From: Sedimentisphaerales bacterium
Lineage (GTDB): Bacteria; Planctomycetota; Phycisphaerae; Sedimentisphaerales; SM23-30
DNA length: 64,000 bases
Reading direction: 5' to 3'
NCBI GenBank assembly: GCA_963663965.2
Contig: CAXXFK010000024.1
Coordinates: 64,001-128,000 of the forward strand
Shown: positions 50,064-60,694 of the stretch, in pieces
How positions within the stretch are numbered: position 1 is the stretch's first letter
Layout of the letters: every line of letters starts with the position of its first letter
Notes under the pieces: generated by a model
Database searches by the model: none
Seen by the model: the letters and a program-made list of their open reading frames with translations, nothing else
What the model was told of the DNA's origin: nothing
Program-made: the position numbers and the translations under genes

Positions 50064-52124
50064 TTAGCCCCTTCTTTCACTAAGAGCAGTTTGAGTAGTC
50101 TGAATACGTTTTGATATCTCGATAAAACCAATCGTTAGTACCAGGAATAATACAGCAACAAGAACCAGCCAGATCGGAAAACCATTGGTTTCTATATTAG
50201 CCGCGTCCAGCCAGTCGGTGAGATCTTTGGGAAGTAAATTCGATTCACTTAAAACCACCAGGCCATTGTTTACCAGGTGAGCGACCATTCCAACAAAAAT
50301 CGATCCGGTCCTTAAGACAACATAAGTGATCCAGATACCCAATAATGCCGTCGGAACAACCCGGTACATACTCATATGAAAAATCCCGAACATGACCGCA
50401 ACAATAATGACCACTGCCGCAGGATGCAAAGAATTCTTTAATCCGGACAAAATGGCTCCGCGAAACAGAACCTCTTCACAGATCGCCGCTGACACTGCAA
50501 TGGCAAAAAACAACAGCCAGGAAGGGGTTTGCGGATCGAATAATTTCTGGCTGGCCTCCGCCATTTCCGGGGGAACCGGCCAATACTGATTTTGCCAGAG
50601 ATTATATTGCAGGCCCAGAATCAAGGTCCCTACTGAAGCCACCGCGACCAACACTGTCGTAAATGGCGGCGGGGTTTTTAAATGCAACGCACTTTTCAAA
50701 TTGACCCTAAAATACCATAAACCAAATACCGTGGTTCCCAGCAACAACCCCCATTCAGTAATAATCAGGCCGGAAATAAGCTCTCGTGACTGAAAATAGG
50801 TCCCTCCGTAATACAAAATTAACAGCATCACGGCATATAACATGACAGTTGCATCCGGGGTCAATGTCTTGCGAGGTTGAAGTTGTGAACGCCGCAAACT
50901 GATCGGCATTCCTTTTTCCTGGGACAGAATGACATCTTCCCGTTTGAACACCCAGACCGCGCACATCAATGCCAGCATGGCGTATGCTACAGTACTGACA
51001 AATACCATAAACGCCAGATCGCCAGCCAGTTTCTGCATTAAAATCGCCTTGAATAATAATGCCACATTAGCGACGGGAATCAAGGCAGTCCCCTGTGTCA
51101 GTTCGATACCCGGCATGCCAACAATCATGCAAGGCAGCATAATCATCATATAAAATGGTGTAACATAATTTTGTGCCTCTTTAAAACTGCGGGCGAATAA
51201 GGCGATCGTCATCATCACCGAGCAGATAAAAAAGGATAACGGAACTATCATCGCAAATAAAGTAATCATCCCAGGGGTTGAAATAGCAAATACCATGTCC
51301 GGCAAATCTGCTTCTGGCCCAACCGCAGCCTTCATCCGCGATACTTGAAATAATAGCACCCCAATCATGCTGCCCATATTGAGTAACCCGGTGATAATCG
51401 ATAAGCCGAAAACTGTTAAAAATTTCCCGGACACAATTTCCATTCGGCTGGTGGGTGTTGAAAGCAGCGTTTCAAAGGTACCCCGTTCTTTCTCTCCGGC
51501 CGTTAAATCTACCGCCGGGTAAAATGCCCCCACGGCTATCGTTATAATCAGAAACAACGGTATGATCATGCCCAGGTAATTTCCGGTGGTTTTCTTGGCT
51601 GAAGCGATATTTTCGGATTTTATGGAGATGGGCCTGATAAATTCACCAGCCAGGCCGGCTGACGCCAACCGTTCCTTGAGATAAGACTCCGACTTTTCCT
51701 GTAAACAATTGCGAATACGGGAACGGGCCTCGGTTGATCGAACTTCGGTCTGGTCATATCGTATTTCAATCTCCACCGTACGATTGGCATCCAGTTGTTC
51801 CAGCGCGTCTGCCGGAGCATAGACGATGACATCCAGTTTGCCTTCTGACAATTCCTCTTCCGGATGGTCTGCCTCTATGACTTTAACTTTATCAAGGGAT
51901 GACAACCAATCTCTGATACCCTCTGGACAATCGGTACCGAACGCTATCCGTGAATCTTTCTCTTCGATCTTGGTTTTTTGCATCAACGTTGCTTCACTGA
52001 TAATAATAAATATGAGCGGATAAATCACCAGTGGCACGCCGATCATGGCAAACAACGCACGTTTATCCCGCAACGTCTCGAGCAATTCTTTTTTGAGAAT
52101 ACTAAAAGTAATGTTTAACCGCAT
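50064..52124 (-). CDS. NatB-like ABC-2 permease fused to a CPBP (Abi/CAAX) intramembrane protease
   Basis: KKELLETLRD, AGEKERGTFETLL, ARSFKEAQ; C-terminal EEVLFRG, FGIFH, HLVNN. Confidence 0.88.
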   Translation of the reverse strand: MRLNITFSILKKELLETLRDKRALFAMIGVPLVIYPLIFIIISEATLMQKTKIEEKDSRIAFGTDCPEGIRDWLSSLDKVKVIEADHPEEELSEGKLDVIVYAPADALEQLDANRTVEIEIRYDQTEVRSTEARSRIRNCLQEKSESYLKERLASAGLAGEFIRPISIKSENIASAKKTTGNYLGMIIPLFLIITIAVGAFYPAVDLTAGEKERGTFETLLSTPTSRMEIVSGKFLTVFGLSIITGLLNMGSMIGVLLFQVSRMKAAVGPEADLPDMVFAISTPGMITLFAMIVPLSFFICSVMMTIALFARSFKEAQNYVTPFYMMIMLPCMIVGMPGIELTQGTALIPVANVALLFKAILMQKLAGDLAFMVFVSTVAYAMLALMCAVWVFKREDVILSQEKGMPISLRRSQLQPRKTLTPDATVMLYAVMLLILYYGGTYFQSRELISGLIITEWGLLLGTTVFGLWYFRVNLKSALHLKTPPPFTTVLVAVASVGTLILGLQYNLWQNQYWPVPPEMAEASQKLFDPQTPSWLLFFAIAVSAAICEEVLFRGAILSGLKNSLHPAAVVIIVAVMFGIFHMSMYRVVPTALLGIWITYVVLRTGSIFVGMVAHLVNNGLVVLSESNLLPKDLTDWLDAANIETNGFPIWLVLVAVLFLVLTIGFIEISKRIQTTQTALSERRG

Positions 52125-52870
52125 ACGCCCTCCTGGTCTTGTTCATGTACCATGGCCAAAAATGCCTCTTTTAAATTGCCGGTACCTGTCTGTTGATAAA
52201 GGGCCTCCTGAGTCCCTTCGGCCATGAGCCGGCCGCCATATAAAAATCCAATTCGATTACACAGCATTTCCGCTTCCGTCATATAATGTGTCGAAAAAAT
52301 GACTGTCAAACCATTGCGGCTGGAATCTACGATAAAATCGAGAATAGACTGGCAAGTCATAATATCCAGACCCAAAGTGGGTTCATCCAGGATTAAGACT
52401 CTGGGATGATGCAGGATGACCCGGGCTATCGATACTTTTTGCGTCTGACCTGTTGAATAGCTATCGCAACGTCGATCGATAAAATCGGACATGTTCAATA
52501 ATTGGACCAGCTCTTCCGTTCGATCGTCAATCGAAGATCGAGACATCTCATGTAACTGGCCGAAATATCGCAGTAACTCCCTGCCGGATAAACGGCCATA
52601 GAGCTTGGTATTGCCGGATGCGAAACCAATCATCTTTCGGATTTCTTCGGGCGCTTGATCGGTACGTCGCCCGCAAACAACACAATAACCGGAAGACGGA
52701 GTAATAATGGTCCCCAGCATGCGCAGCAAAGTCGTCTTACCGGCGCCGTTGGGCCCGAGCAACCCGTAGATTTCTCCTTCCTCTACCTGAAAGGATACAT
52801 CGTTTACTGCCTCGACAATTCTGCCACGAGACGCTACGAAGTGTTTCGATAAGCCACAAATCTCAATCAC
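52115..52870 (-). CDS. ABC transporter ATP-binding protein (NatA-like)
   Basis: GPNGAGKTT, YSTGQ signature, LILDEPT, FSTH; GTG start. Confidence 0.92.
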   Translation of the reverse strand: MIEICGLSKHFVASRGRIVEAVNDVSFQVEEGEIYGLLGPNGAGKTTLLRMLGTIITPSSGYCVVCGRRTDQAPEEIRKMIGFASGNTKLYGRLSGRELLRYFGQLHEMSRSSIDDRTEELVQLLNMSDFIDRRCDSYSTGQTQKVSIARVILHHPRVLILDEPTLGLDIMTCQSILDFIVDSSRNGLTVIFSTHYMTEAEMLCNRIGFLYGGRLMAEGTQEALYQQTGTGNLKEAFLAMVHEQDQEGVCG

Positions 52871-52929
52871 AAACTAATCTCCAAATTGTTTTTTCGGATA
52901 GTCGTTCTTCAACCACCAGCATTTCCTAT

Positions 52930-54135
52930 TTATTTGAATTTCTCTTCTTCCAGTCCTTCCAGCATACGCAAATAACTCTGATATCTGGCCGACCGAATCC
53001 TGCCTTCTTCAACAGCGCATACCACGGCGCATCCTGGCTCATGAGTATGGGTACAATCCGAAAATCGGCAATGATCCGCGTAAGCGTCAAATTCATCGAA
53101 ATACCAGCGTAATTCTTCCCGGTTCATTTTCCACAATCCAAAACTACGGACTCCGGGAGTATCGATTACACAGATACCATGACCGATCCGGTATAAACTG
53201 CTTCGAACGGTAGTGTGGCGCCCTTTAAGATTACGTCGGCGGGTTTCGCTGGTTTCCAGTTCCAGACTGGGATCGATGGCATTAACCAGTGAACTTTTAC
53301 CGACCCCGCTTTGACCGACAAAAACAGAGGTTTTCCCTTGCAGAGTTTCGATTAACTCGTCAATGCCCTGTCCACTTAATGCACAACAAAAAATGACTGG
53401 AATTTTTAGTTCATCATAGGAATGCATACACTCTTCCAGATCAATCTGTGCATGCTCTTTTAAGTCCATTTTATTGATACAGATCAATGGCTGTATCTTA
53501 CCCCGATCCATTGCCAGCAGATAACGGTCAATCAAATTGCTGGATAACGGCGGAGTGTACAAAGAACCGACCACAACACCAATGTCCACATTGGCAGCAA
53601 TAACGCGTTCTATCCGGGCATCATGAGGATCCGGTCTGGACAGCAGACTTTTGCGATCGATCACTTCTTCCACTCGGAATGAACCATCCTTTGCCCGAGA
53701 ATAACGGACATGATCACCGACAGCCAGATCGCTACGTTGCCCCATGACCAATTCAGTCCGGACCAGGGCGGGGATCTCTTCGTGCCCGGCCAGCAACCGG
53801 CAACTGCCCGAAGTAAGTTCAACCACTTGCCCGGGATAGGTCTCCAACTGGATATCAGTCTCAGCGGCAAAATTATCGAAATCACCCTGATCAAGAATCT
53901 GCAATGCCCATTCATCCAGAGAGAGCGGAACCCGCTTCATTCGCCTGAGATGACGACGCTCCTCCTCCATATCGCTTCCGATTCGATATTTCCGGGTTAG
54001 ATCACTACGATCATGCCGCTTATCCATATTGGCAGCTTTTCTCTTGCGCGCGGCTTGTTTATACAGACTACGCTTCTGATCCTCAGTTAATTTCGCCAGT
54101 TTATCTTCAAGACGTTTTTTATCCACTTCTTTCAT
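52930..54135 (-). CDS. rsgA: Ribosome small subunit-dependent GTPase A with N-terminal extension
   Basis: AVGD, AANVD, NKMD, GQSGVGKSS, GRHTT, DTPG, CRFSDCTHTHEPGC zinc finger. Confidence 0.95.
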   Translation of the reverse strand: MKEVDKKRLEDKLAKLTEDQKRSLYKQAARKRKAANMDKRHDRSDLTRKYRIGSDMEEERRHLRRMKRVPLSLDEWALQILDQGDFDNFAAETDIQLETYPGQVVELTSGSCRLLAGHEEIPALVRTELVMGQRSDLAVGDHVRYSRAKDGSFRVEEVIDRKSLLSRPDPHDARIERVIAANVDIGVVVGSLYTPPLSSNLIDRYLLAMDRGKIQPLICINKMDLKEHAQIDLEECMHSYDELKIPVIFCCALSGQGIDELIETLQGKTSVFVGQSGVGKSSLVNAIDPSLELETSETRRRNLKGRHTTVRSSLYRIGHGICVIDTPGVRSFGLWKMNREELRWYFDEFDAYADHCRFSDCTHTHEPGCAVVCAVEEGRIRSARYQSYLRMLEGLEEEKFK

Positions 54136-54583
54136 GCAACAGTCATCTTTTCTGAAGTTTTCTTACATTCATTTATCAATCCTCAACATTTGTATATATA
54201 TCGTCTCATACAATCACAACTATTTATATTATCTCCATTAATACCAATATCTTACATAATAATTATTTGTTAGTGAGATCTTTTCCAATAATTTGAATAC
54301 AATCGAGACTTATAACTATTAGCATACATTAGCATCATCATAACGAATCCAATACAGTTCATAATATATTTAATATTAACTACTTACAATATTATTACAA
54401 GTAGATTCCTCCACTTTGTATGCTGAATAATATAAAAAAACAATGTGATTTAATCAGGTATGGATATAGAGGCAAGATTATTTTGAACGCTTACCTATGG
54501 TACCCAATACTGTCTTTAAAATGGGTCTGAATTATTACACAGTTGCCCGTGTTCAATACTGAATCACTCAAACACATAGTTAC

Positions 54584-54598
54584 GCATTTCCCATGCCA
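54584..54598 (-). promoter_or_regulatory. Candidate sigma54 promoter in a long AT-rich intergenic region
   Basis: TGGCATGGGAAATGC = GG-N10-GC on the minus strand. Confidence 0.4.
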
Positions 54599-54982
54599 AC
54601 AATTCCATAACCGCCTTTATTTAAACATTTTAACAAATCTGAATATTTCATCAATACCCATTCTAAACAAACCCATTGTGGTTCAACTTTTAGCGTATTA
54701 CTGAATGATGAATTATTACATATTTACCCAGATTTAAATTGCATTCATTAATAAAATTTATAAATGTTTAAAAATTTTCTTGATTTTCACCATGAATAGT
54801 CGATATATTTGGAGTGATGAGGAACTGCACTTTAAAAGCTGTAAACATAATATCCTTAAACAGTGCCGCAAGCGCTGGTTTCGGTATTGCGCAGATTCTT
54901 ATTCTACTAGCCCTTTAGGGGCTATACATTCAAAATTCATATCTATACACGCGGTTTTTATCTTTTTAACATAGGATTTTAT

Positions 54983-54991
54983 TGTTATAAT
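54983..54991 (+). promoter_or_regulatory. Extended -10 promoter element upstream of leuA
   Basis: TGT-TATAAT about 60 nt upstream of the leuA start. Confidence 0.45.
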
Positions 54992-55053
54992 CCCGATTTT
55001 ACATCTAACTCGTCCCAAAGTGTTTGGGGCGGTTTATAATCAGGAGGTCTTTT

Positions 55054-56604
55054 ATGTCAGACCCAAATCAACAAAATAATAGAGTATTAATTTTTGACTC
55101 AACTTTACGCGATGCCGAACAGAGCCCTGGTGCCAGTTTAAATACGCCGGAAAAGGTGGAAATTGCTCACCAACTGGCTAGATTGGGCGTTGATATTATA
55201 GAAGCGGGATTTCCCGTAAGCTCACCAGTTCAGTTTGAAGCGGTCGAAATCATCAGTAAAGAAGTTGAAGGACCGGTTATTGCATCCCTTGCCAGAACGG
55301 TAAAAAAAGATATCGATGCGGCCGCTCAAGCAATGCAGGCGGCTCCTCGAAAACGAATCCATACTTTCACCAGCACCAGCCCACAACATATGGAATACAT
55401 GTTAAAAATGACTCCTGATGTAGTGCTGCAAAAGGCCGTGGAAGCCATCCAGTATGCTAAAAGTTATACTGATGATGTGGAATTCAGTGCACAGGATGCC
55501 ACCAGGAGTGATGTCCAGTTTTTAAAAGAAGTCGTTCAAGCCGCAATTGAAGCAGGCGCAACAACTATCAATATTCCTGATACCGTTGGATACGCGATTC
55601 CTGAGGAATACGGTCGTTTGATTGCGACCCTGATGGAAATACCGGGAGCTGACCGTGTGATTTTAAGCACGCATTGTCACAATGACCTTGGATTGGCTAC
55701 TGCAAATTCACTGGCCGGGGTGTTAAATGGCGCTCGCCAGATAGAATGTACCATGAATGGCCTGGGGGAACGGGCTGGAAATGCCTCACTGGAAGAATGC
55801 GTAATGGCCATGAATGTTCGAAATGATTTCTGTCATTTACATACGAAAGTGAGAACCCAGGAAATTTATCGCACCAGCCAGATGGTATCCAAGTTGATGG
55901 GAATGCCCATTCAGCCAAACAAAGCCATTGTTGGTACGAACGCGTTTGCCCACGAATCAGGAATCCATGTCGATGGTCTGTTGAAGAATCGCAGCACCTA
56001 TGAGATTATGACACCGGAATCGGTTGGCGTTACCGGGACTAAACTGGTACTGGGCCGCCATACCGGCCGGCATGGTTTTAAAAAGCATTGTGAAGAACTT
56101 GGATTCGTTTTGGACGAATCGCAACTGGAATCGACGTATCAGCGCTTTCTGGAATTGGCCGACAAGAAAAAAGAAATCTTCGACGATGATGTGATCGCCC
56201 TGCTGGATGAGAAGATGCGTTCGATTGCTGAGGTATTTCAGCTGGATTACTTGCATTGCGCCAGTGGGTCTGGAGTCATCTCCACTGCCACTGTCCGTAT
56301 TAATCGACAGGGGCAGCCGTTGCTGGCGGCAGCGCTGGGCGATGGGCCGGTAGACGCTACCTATAAAGCGATTCGTAAAGCGACCCAGCTGGAACCTGAA
56401 CTGGAAAATTATTCGATTCGCGCCGTAACTGGCAGCAGCGAAGCGCTGGGCGAGGCAATTTTGCGAATCCGTTATGAAGGGAAGACCTATATCGGACGCG
56501 GGATCAGCACCGATATTATCGAAGCTTCGGCCAAGGCTTATGTCAACGCGCTGAACATTATGATGCTGCGTATCAACCGTACCGTTCAAAACATGACAGA
56601 TTAA
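55054..56604 (+). CDS. leuA: 2-isopropylmalate synthase
   Basis: FDSTLRDAEQSPG, EAGFP, PDTVG, HCHNDLG, HESGIH; C-terminal regulatory domain GDGPVDA...DIIEASA; AGGAGG RBS. Confidence 0.96.
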   Translation: MSDPNQQNNRVLIFDSTLRDAEQSPGASLNTPEKVEIAHQLARLGVDIIEAGFPVSSPVQFEAVEIISKEVEGPVIASLARTVKKDIDAAAQAMQAAPRKRIHTFTSTSPQHMEYMLKMTPDVVLQKAVEAIQYAKSYTDDVEFSAQDATRSDVQFLKEVVQAAIEAGATTINIPDTVGYAIPEEYGRLIATLMEIPGADRVILSTHCHNDLGLATANSLAGVLNGARQIECTMNGLGERAGNASLEECVMAMNVRNDFCHLHTKVRTQEIYRTSQMVSKLMGMPIQPNKAIVGTNAFAHESGIHVDGLLKNRSTYEIMTPESVGVTGTKLVLGRHTGRHGFKKHCEELGFVLDESQLESTYQRFLELADKKKEIFDDDVIALLDEKMRSIAEVFQLDYLHCASGSGVISTATVRINRQGQPLLAAALGDGPVDATYKAIRKATQLEPELENYSIRAVTGSSEALGEAILRIRYEGKTYIGRGISTDIIEASAKAYVNALNIMMLRINRTVQNMTD

Positions 56605-56633
56605 AGCAGATATTGCGATAAGGAAAATCAAAA

Positions 56634-57896
56634 ATGGGAATGACTATAACCGAAAAAATCCTGGCTGCCCATAGCGGACAAGTGGCGGTAAAGCCCGGCC
56701 AGTTAATCAACGCCAAGATCGATGTGGTCATGTGTCACGACGTCACCACCCCTCCGGCGATCTCCATGCTCAAGAAAATCGGCCTGGACCGGGTATTTGA
56801 TCCGGAGAAAATCGTAGTAACCCCGGACCATTTTCAACCGGCAAAGGATATCAAGAGCGCTGAATTGCATAAACGGCTGGATGACTGGTGCAAGGCCAAC
56901 AATCTTAAATACTATTACCCTGTTGGGCGCGCGGGTGTTTGCCATGCGCTACTGCCCGAACAAGGCCATGTACGGCCCGGCGAAACAATTGTGGGAGGCG
57001 ACAGCCACACCTGCACTTATGGCGCATTCGGAGCCTTTAGCACTGGGATTGGATCCACCGATCTGGCCGCTGCCATCGCCACAGGAGAATTGTGGTTTCG
57101 AGTTCCGGAATCCATCAAATTTGAATTGAAAGGAAAATTGCAGCATGGTGTCTACAGTAAAGACATCATTCTAAAAATCATTTCCATCATCGGCACTGAT
57201 GGTGCACGCTATAAAGCCATGGAATTCGGCGGTGAAACGTTTGCTGACTTATCGATGGAAGCGCGTATGACAATCACCAATATGGCGATTGAAGCCGGTG
57301 GCAAAAATGGTATCATCCCGGTGGATGACATTACACAGGAATATCTCCGGGGTCGCTTAAAAGGGAAACAGGAATATACCGTCTATGAATCGGATTCTGA
57401 CGCGGAATATTGCGAAACTCATACGATCAATTGTGATACGCTGGAACCGTTTGTTGCCGAGCCTCATTTGCCCAGCAATGGCCGTCCTGTATCCGAACTG
57501 ACAGGAACAATCATGCACCAGTGCTACATCGGCAGTTGCACCAACGGACGTATCGAAGATTTACGTCTCGCAGCAAGTATTTTAAAAGGTCATAAAATCG
57601 CGATACGGACGATTATTGTGCCGGCAACCCCTGTTATCTGGAAACAGGCTCAGGAAGAAGGCCTGTTTGATGTCTTCTACGATGCCGGATGTGTTATATC
57701 GGCACCCACCTGTGGCGCATGTCTGGGTGGTTTTATGGGCATTCTGGCAGCCGGCGAAAAATGTATCAGCACGACCAACCGTAATTTCGTTGGTCGCATG
57801 GGACATCCCGATAGTGGTGTTTACCTGGCCAGCCCTGCCACCGCAGCAGCGGCGGCTATCGAAGGGAAAATCACCGATCCGCGTCAATATCTGTAA
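56634..57896 (+). CDS. leuC: 3-isopropylmalate dehydratase large subunit
   Basis: [43 protein letters not shown]. Confidence 0.93.
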   Translation: MGMTITEKILAAHSGQVAVKPGQLINAKIDVVMCHDVTTPPAISMLKKIGLDRVFDPEKIVVTPDHFQPAKDIKSAELHKRLDDWCKANNLKYYYPVGRAGVCHALLPEQGHVRPGETIVGGDSHTCTYGAFGAFSTGIGSTDLAAAIATGELWFRVPESIKFELKGKLQHGVYSKDIILKIISIIGTDGARYKAMEFGGETFADLSMEARMTITNMAIEAGGKNGIIPVDDITQEYLRGRLKGKQEYTVYESDSDAEYCETHTINCDTLEPFVAEPHLPSNGRPVSELTGTIMHQCYIGSCTNGRIEDLRLAASILKGHKIAIRTIIVPATPVIWKQAQEEGLFDVFYDAGCVISAPTCGACLGGFMGILAAGEKCISTTNRNFVGRMGHPDSGVYLASPATAAAAAIEGKITDPRQYL

Positions 57897-57916
57897 TCAA
57901 ACGAAAGGAATATATC

Positions 57917-58399
57917 ATGGGTAAAGCACATGTTTATATACGTGATCATATTAATACCGACGAAATTATACCCGCACGTTATTTAAATAGCGACGCCGAA
58001 GATGAACTGGCTCTTCATTGCATGGAAGATCTCGATGGTGAGTTTCCATCTAAAGTTCAACCGGGTGACATTATTGTTGCCGGTGAAGATTTTGGTTGCG
58101 GATCCTCCCGCGAACACGCCGTCTGGTCAATACGCGGCGCCAAAGTGGCTGCCGTAATAGCCGGATCATTCGCGCGAATTTTTTATCGCAATGCAATTAA
58201 CTGCGGTTTTCCAGTAGTGGAACTGCCCGGTATCAATCAAAAGATCAAAACCGGTGATGAACTTGAAATTGACTTAAAAAATGGCGTAATCGCAAATAAA
58301 ACTCAGGGGGTCAACTATGCGTTCACCCCCCTGCCTGACTTCGCGCTTGAAATCATTGAGGTTGGTGGATTACTTAATAAACTGGCCTCAAGTAAATAA
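57917..58399 (+). CDS. leuD: 3-isopropylmalate dehydratase small subunit
   Basis: [30 protein letters not shown]. Confidence 0.93.
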   Translation: MGKAHVYIRDHINTDEIIPARYLNSDAEDELALHCMEDLDGEFPSKVQPGDIIVAGEDFGCGSSREHAVWSIRGAKVAAVIAGSFARIFYRNAINCGFPVVELPGINQKIKTGDELEIDLKNGVIANKTQGVNYAFTPLPDFALEIIEVGGLLNKLASSK

Positions 58400-58451
58400 A
58401 AAAATACATTCAAATATTGATTCTTTACTAAATCAAAGAAAGGAATGAACC

Positions 58452-59534
58452 GTGTATAAAATCGCAGTTATGCCAGGTGATGGTACCGGCCCGGAAGTAA
58501 CCATTGAGGCCGTCAAGGTATTGGAGGCCGCTGCCGCCAAGTATGGTTTCAAATATGAGACGACCGAATTTGATTTCGGTGGAGAACGCTACAAACGTAC
58601 CGGCGAAACTCTGCCGGACAGCGCCATCGAAGAACTGAAACAATTCGACAACATCCTGCTGGGCGCCATTGGCCATCCGGATGTTGCCCCCGGTATTCTC
58701 GAAAAAGGCATTCTCCTCAAGGCCCGTTTTGCCATGGATCAGTACATCAACCTGCGTCCGGTGCGGCTATTCCCGGGCGTAGAAACCCCCATCAAAGATA
58801 AAGGCCCAAAAGATATCGACTATGTCGTCGTACGTGAGAACACTGGCGACCTTTATGTGGGTGCCGGTGGATTTACCATGAAGGGCACCCCGCATGAAAC
58901 TGCCATTCAGACCTCAATTTATACGCGTCATCAGGTGGACCGTTGTCTGAAATACGCCTTTGAATATGCCAGCAAATATGGCAAGAAAGCCCGTGGTCTC
59001 GGCTCCGAAAACACCGTTGGACTGGTTGGCAAAACCAATGTCCTGACGTTCGTTTACGACCTGTGGGAACGCGCCTTCCATGAAATGGGCGATAAATATT
59101 ATCCCGATATCCGGCGTGACTACTATCATGTTGACGCCACCTGCATGTGGATGGTTAAGAGCCCTGAGTGGTTCGATGTGCTCGTCACCGGCAACCTGTT
59201 CGGCGACATCATCACCGATCTCGGCGCCATGACCCAGGGCGGCATGGGAATCGCGGCCGGCGGCAATATTAATCCCGAGGGTGTCAGCATGTTCGAGCCG
59301 ATTGGCGGTTCTGCCCCTAAATATACTGGCAAGAATGTCATCAATCCTCTGGCCGCTATTTGCGCCGCGGCCATGATGCTGCAGGATCTTGGCGAAGAAA
59401 AAGCGGCTAACGGTATCGAAGAGGCCGTCAAGTTTGTTACCGCCAATAAACTCAAGAGCCTGGCCGCTGGACGCATGGGGTACAGTACGACCGAAGTGGG
59501 CGATCTGGTTGCCGATAAAGTTGCAACACTTTAA
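58452..59534 (+). CDS. leuB: 3-isopropylmalate dehydrogenase
   Basis: [40 protein letters not shown] start. Confidence 0.93.
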   Translation: MYKIAVMPGDGTGPEVTIEAVKVLEAAAAKYGFKYETTEFDFGGERYKRTGETLPDSAIEELKQFDNILLGAIGHPDVAPGILEKGILLKARFAMDQYINLRPVRLFPGVETPIKDKGPKDIDYVVVRENTGDLYVGAGGFTMKGTPHETAIQTSIYTRHQVDRCLKYAFEYASKYGKKARGLGSENTVGLVGKTNVLTFVYDLWERAFHEMGDKYYPDIRRDYYHVDATCMWMVKSPEWFDVLVTGNLFGDIITDLGAMTQGGMGIAAGGNINPEGVSMFEPIGGSAPKYTGKNVINPLAAICAAAMMLQDLGEEKAANGIEEAVKFVTANKLKSLAAGRMGYSTTEVGDLVADKVATL

Positions 59535-59563
59535 TCCTTGTAATCTATTACTTAAATGTCATC

Positions 59564-59600
59564 AAGTCTGTTTGGAATTTATTCCTGACAGACTTTTTCT
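59564..59600 (+). terminator. Intrinsic terminator of the leu operon
   Basis: AAGTCTGT...ACAGACTT stem with GGAAT/ATTCC inner pairing, followed by TTTCT. Confidence 0.7.
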
Positions 59601-59613
59601 TTAACAGGCAAAT

Positions 59614-60498
59614 GTGTTTATGTGGGTAATATTCAGCCTTATCGCCTTGATCGCTAATGTGGCCAAGGTGCTGGCAGTGAAGCAATTTTGCAGCCAGATT
59701 GACACTCGCCTGCTGGTATTCAGTTCGCGCTTGATCAGTGCAATTGTTCTCATACCCATTCTATTATTTCAGAATAGAGCATTTCCAACAAATCCAGTAT
59801 TCTGGGGAGTGATTCTGTCAACCTCGATCCTTACTGCGATTGCCAGTATGTTACTCACCGAATCCATCAAAAAAGGGCCCTTGTCGGTTGTAATGCCAAT
59901 ACAATCTGGAATTCCAGTATTTTCCCTGTTGGCACTTATATTTTTATTTAAAGAACGTCCCGGTTTGCTTTCGATTGTTTTGATGGTGATTAGCATGATT
60001 CTGGTCTGCCTGATGCTTTACTTCCAGAAAAAAGGGGAAACACGGTCGAAACGCCAATATATTTACTCAATTTTTTCTATTCTGGCAGCCGTTATCTTCG
60101 GCATCAGTACCGTTCTGGATCCAATCGCAATCCGGCAGATAATCCATGGAGCGCTGGCTTATAGTGCTTGCTGGAATCTGATTAGTAGCCTGATAATGGC
60201 AACAACATTTGTGGGCGGACCACGATTGCGGATTCTAAAAAAAACTGATCATGTTTCTGGAATATTGATTTACAGCCTTTGTACCCTGGCGGCATTTTTC
60301 TTTCAACAATACGCTGTTCAGTTATCGCTGAAAATAACAGGTGCAGTAATCCACGTTAAAACGTTAGTAATGATGCACATGCCAGTAGTAGTACTTGTGG
60401 GAGTTCTGATATATCGAGAAAAACCGCCAGGTCCGGTTATATGGGCAGGTTTGGCAGCAATTATTACAGGAATCGCATTAATCAGGAGTATTTTGTGA
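59614..60498 (+). CDS. EamA/DMT family transporter
   Basis: About 10 TM segments in two repeats; GPLSVVMPI, FLFKERP, LIYREK. Confidence 0.8.
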   Translation: MFMWVIFSLIALIANVAKVLAVKQFCSQIDTRLLVFSSRLISAIVLIPILLFQNRAFPTNPVFWGVILSTSILTAIASMLLTESIKKGPLSVVMPIQSGIPVFSLLALIFLFKERPGLLSIVLMVISMILVCLMLYFQKKGETRSKRQYIYSIFSILAAVIFGISTVLDPIAIRQIIHGALAYSACWNLISSLIMATTFVGGPRLRILKKTDHVSGILIYSLCTLAAFFFQQYAVQLSLKITGAVIHVKTLVMMHMPVVVLVGVLIYREKPPGPVIWAGLAAIITGIALIRSIL

Positions 60499-60629
60499 CC
60501 AATCAAACCCAATCTACTTTGTCAGGCTGACAGGTTTGAAAGAAAAAATGACAAAACGGCAGTCTGGATTAACGAATATTAAATATTTTAATCTATTATT
60601 CATAAGGGCTTACAACTCATCAAATTCTC

Positions 60630-60645
60630 TGGCACGGCCTTTGCA
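60630..60645 (+). promoter_or_regulatory. Canonical sigma54 promoter of dnaK
   Basis: TGGCACGGCCTTTGCA = TGGCACG-N4-TTGCA, about 50 nt upstream of the ATG. Confidence 0.85.
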
Positions 60646-60694
60646 TTAGGTATTTAAGTGTAATTTTATCTCAAAAAATTCAGGAGACAAGGCA

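Noticed and set aside
54780..54974. 64-aa ORF as a leucine attenuator leader
   Set aside because: No Leu codon run, and no terminator/antiterminator pair or T-box before leuA.
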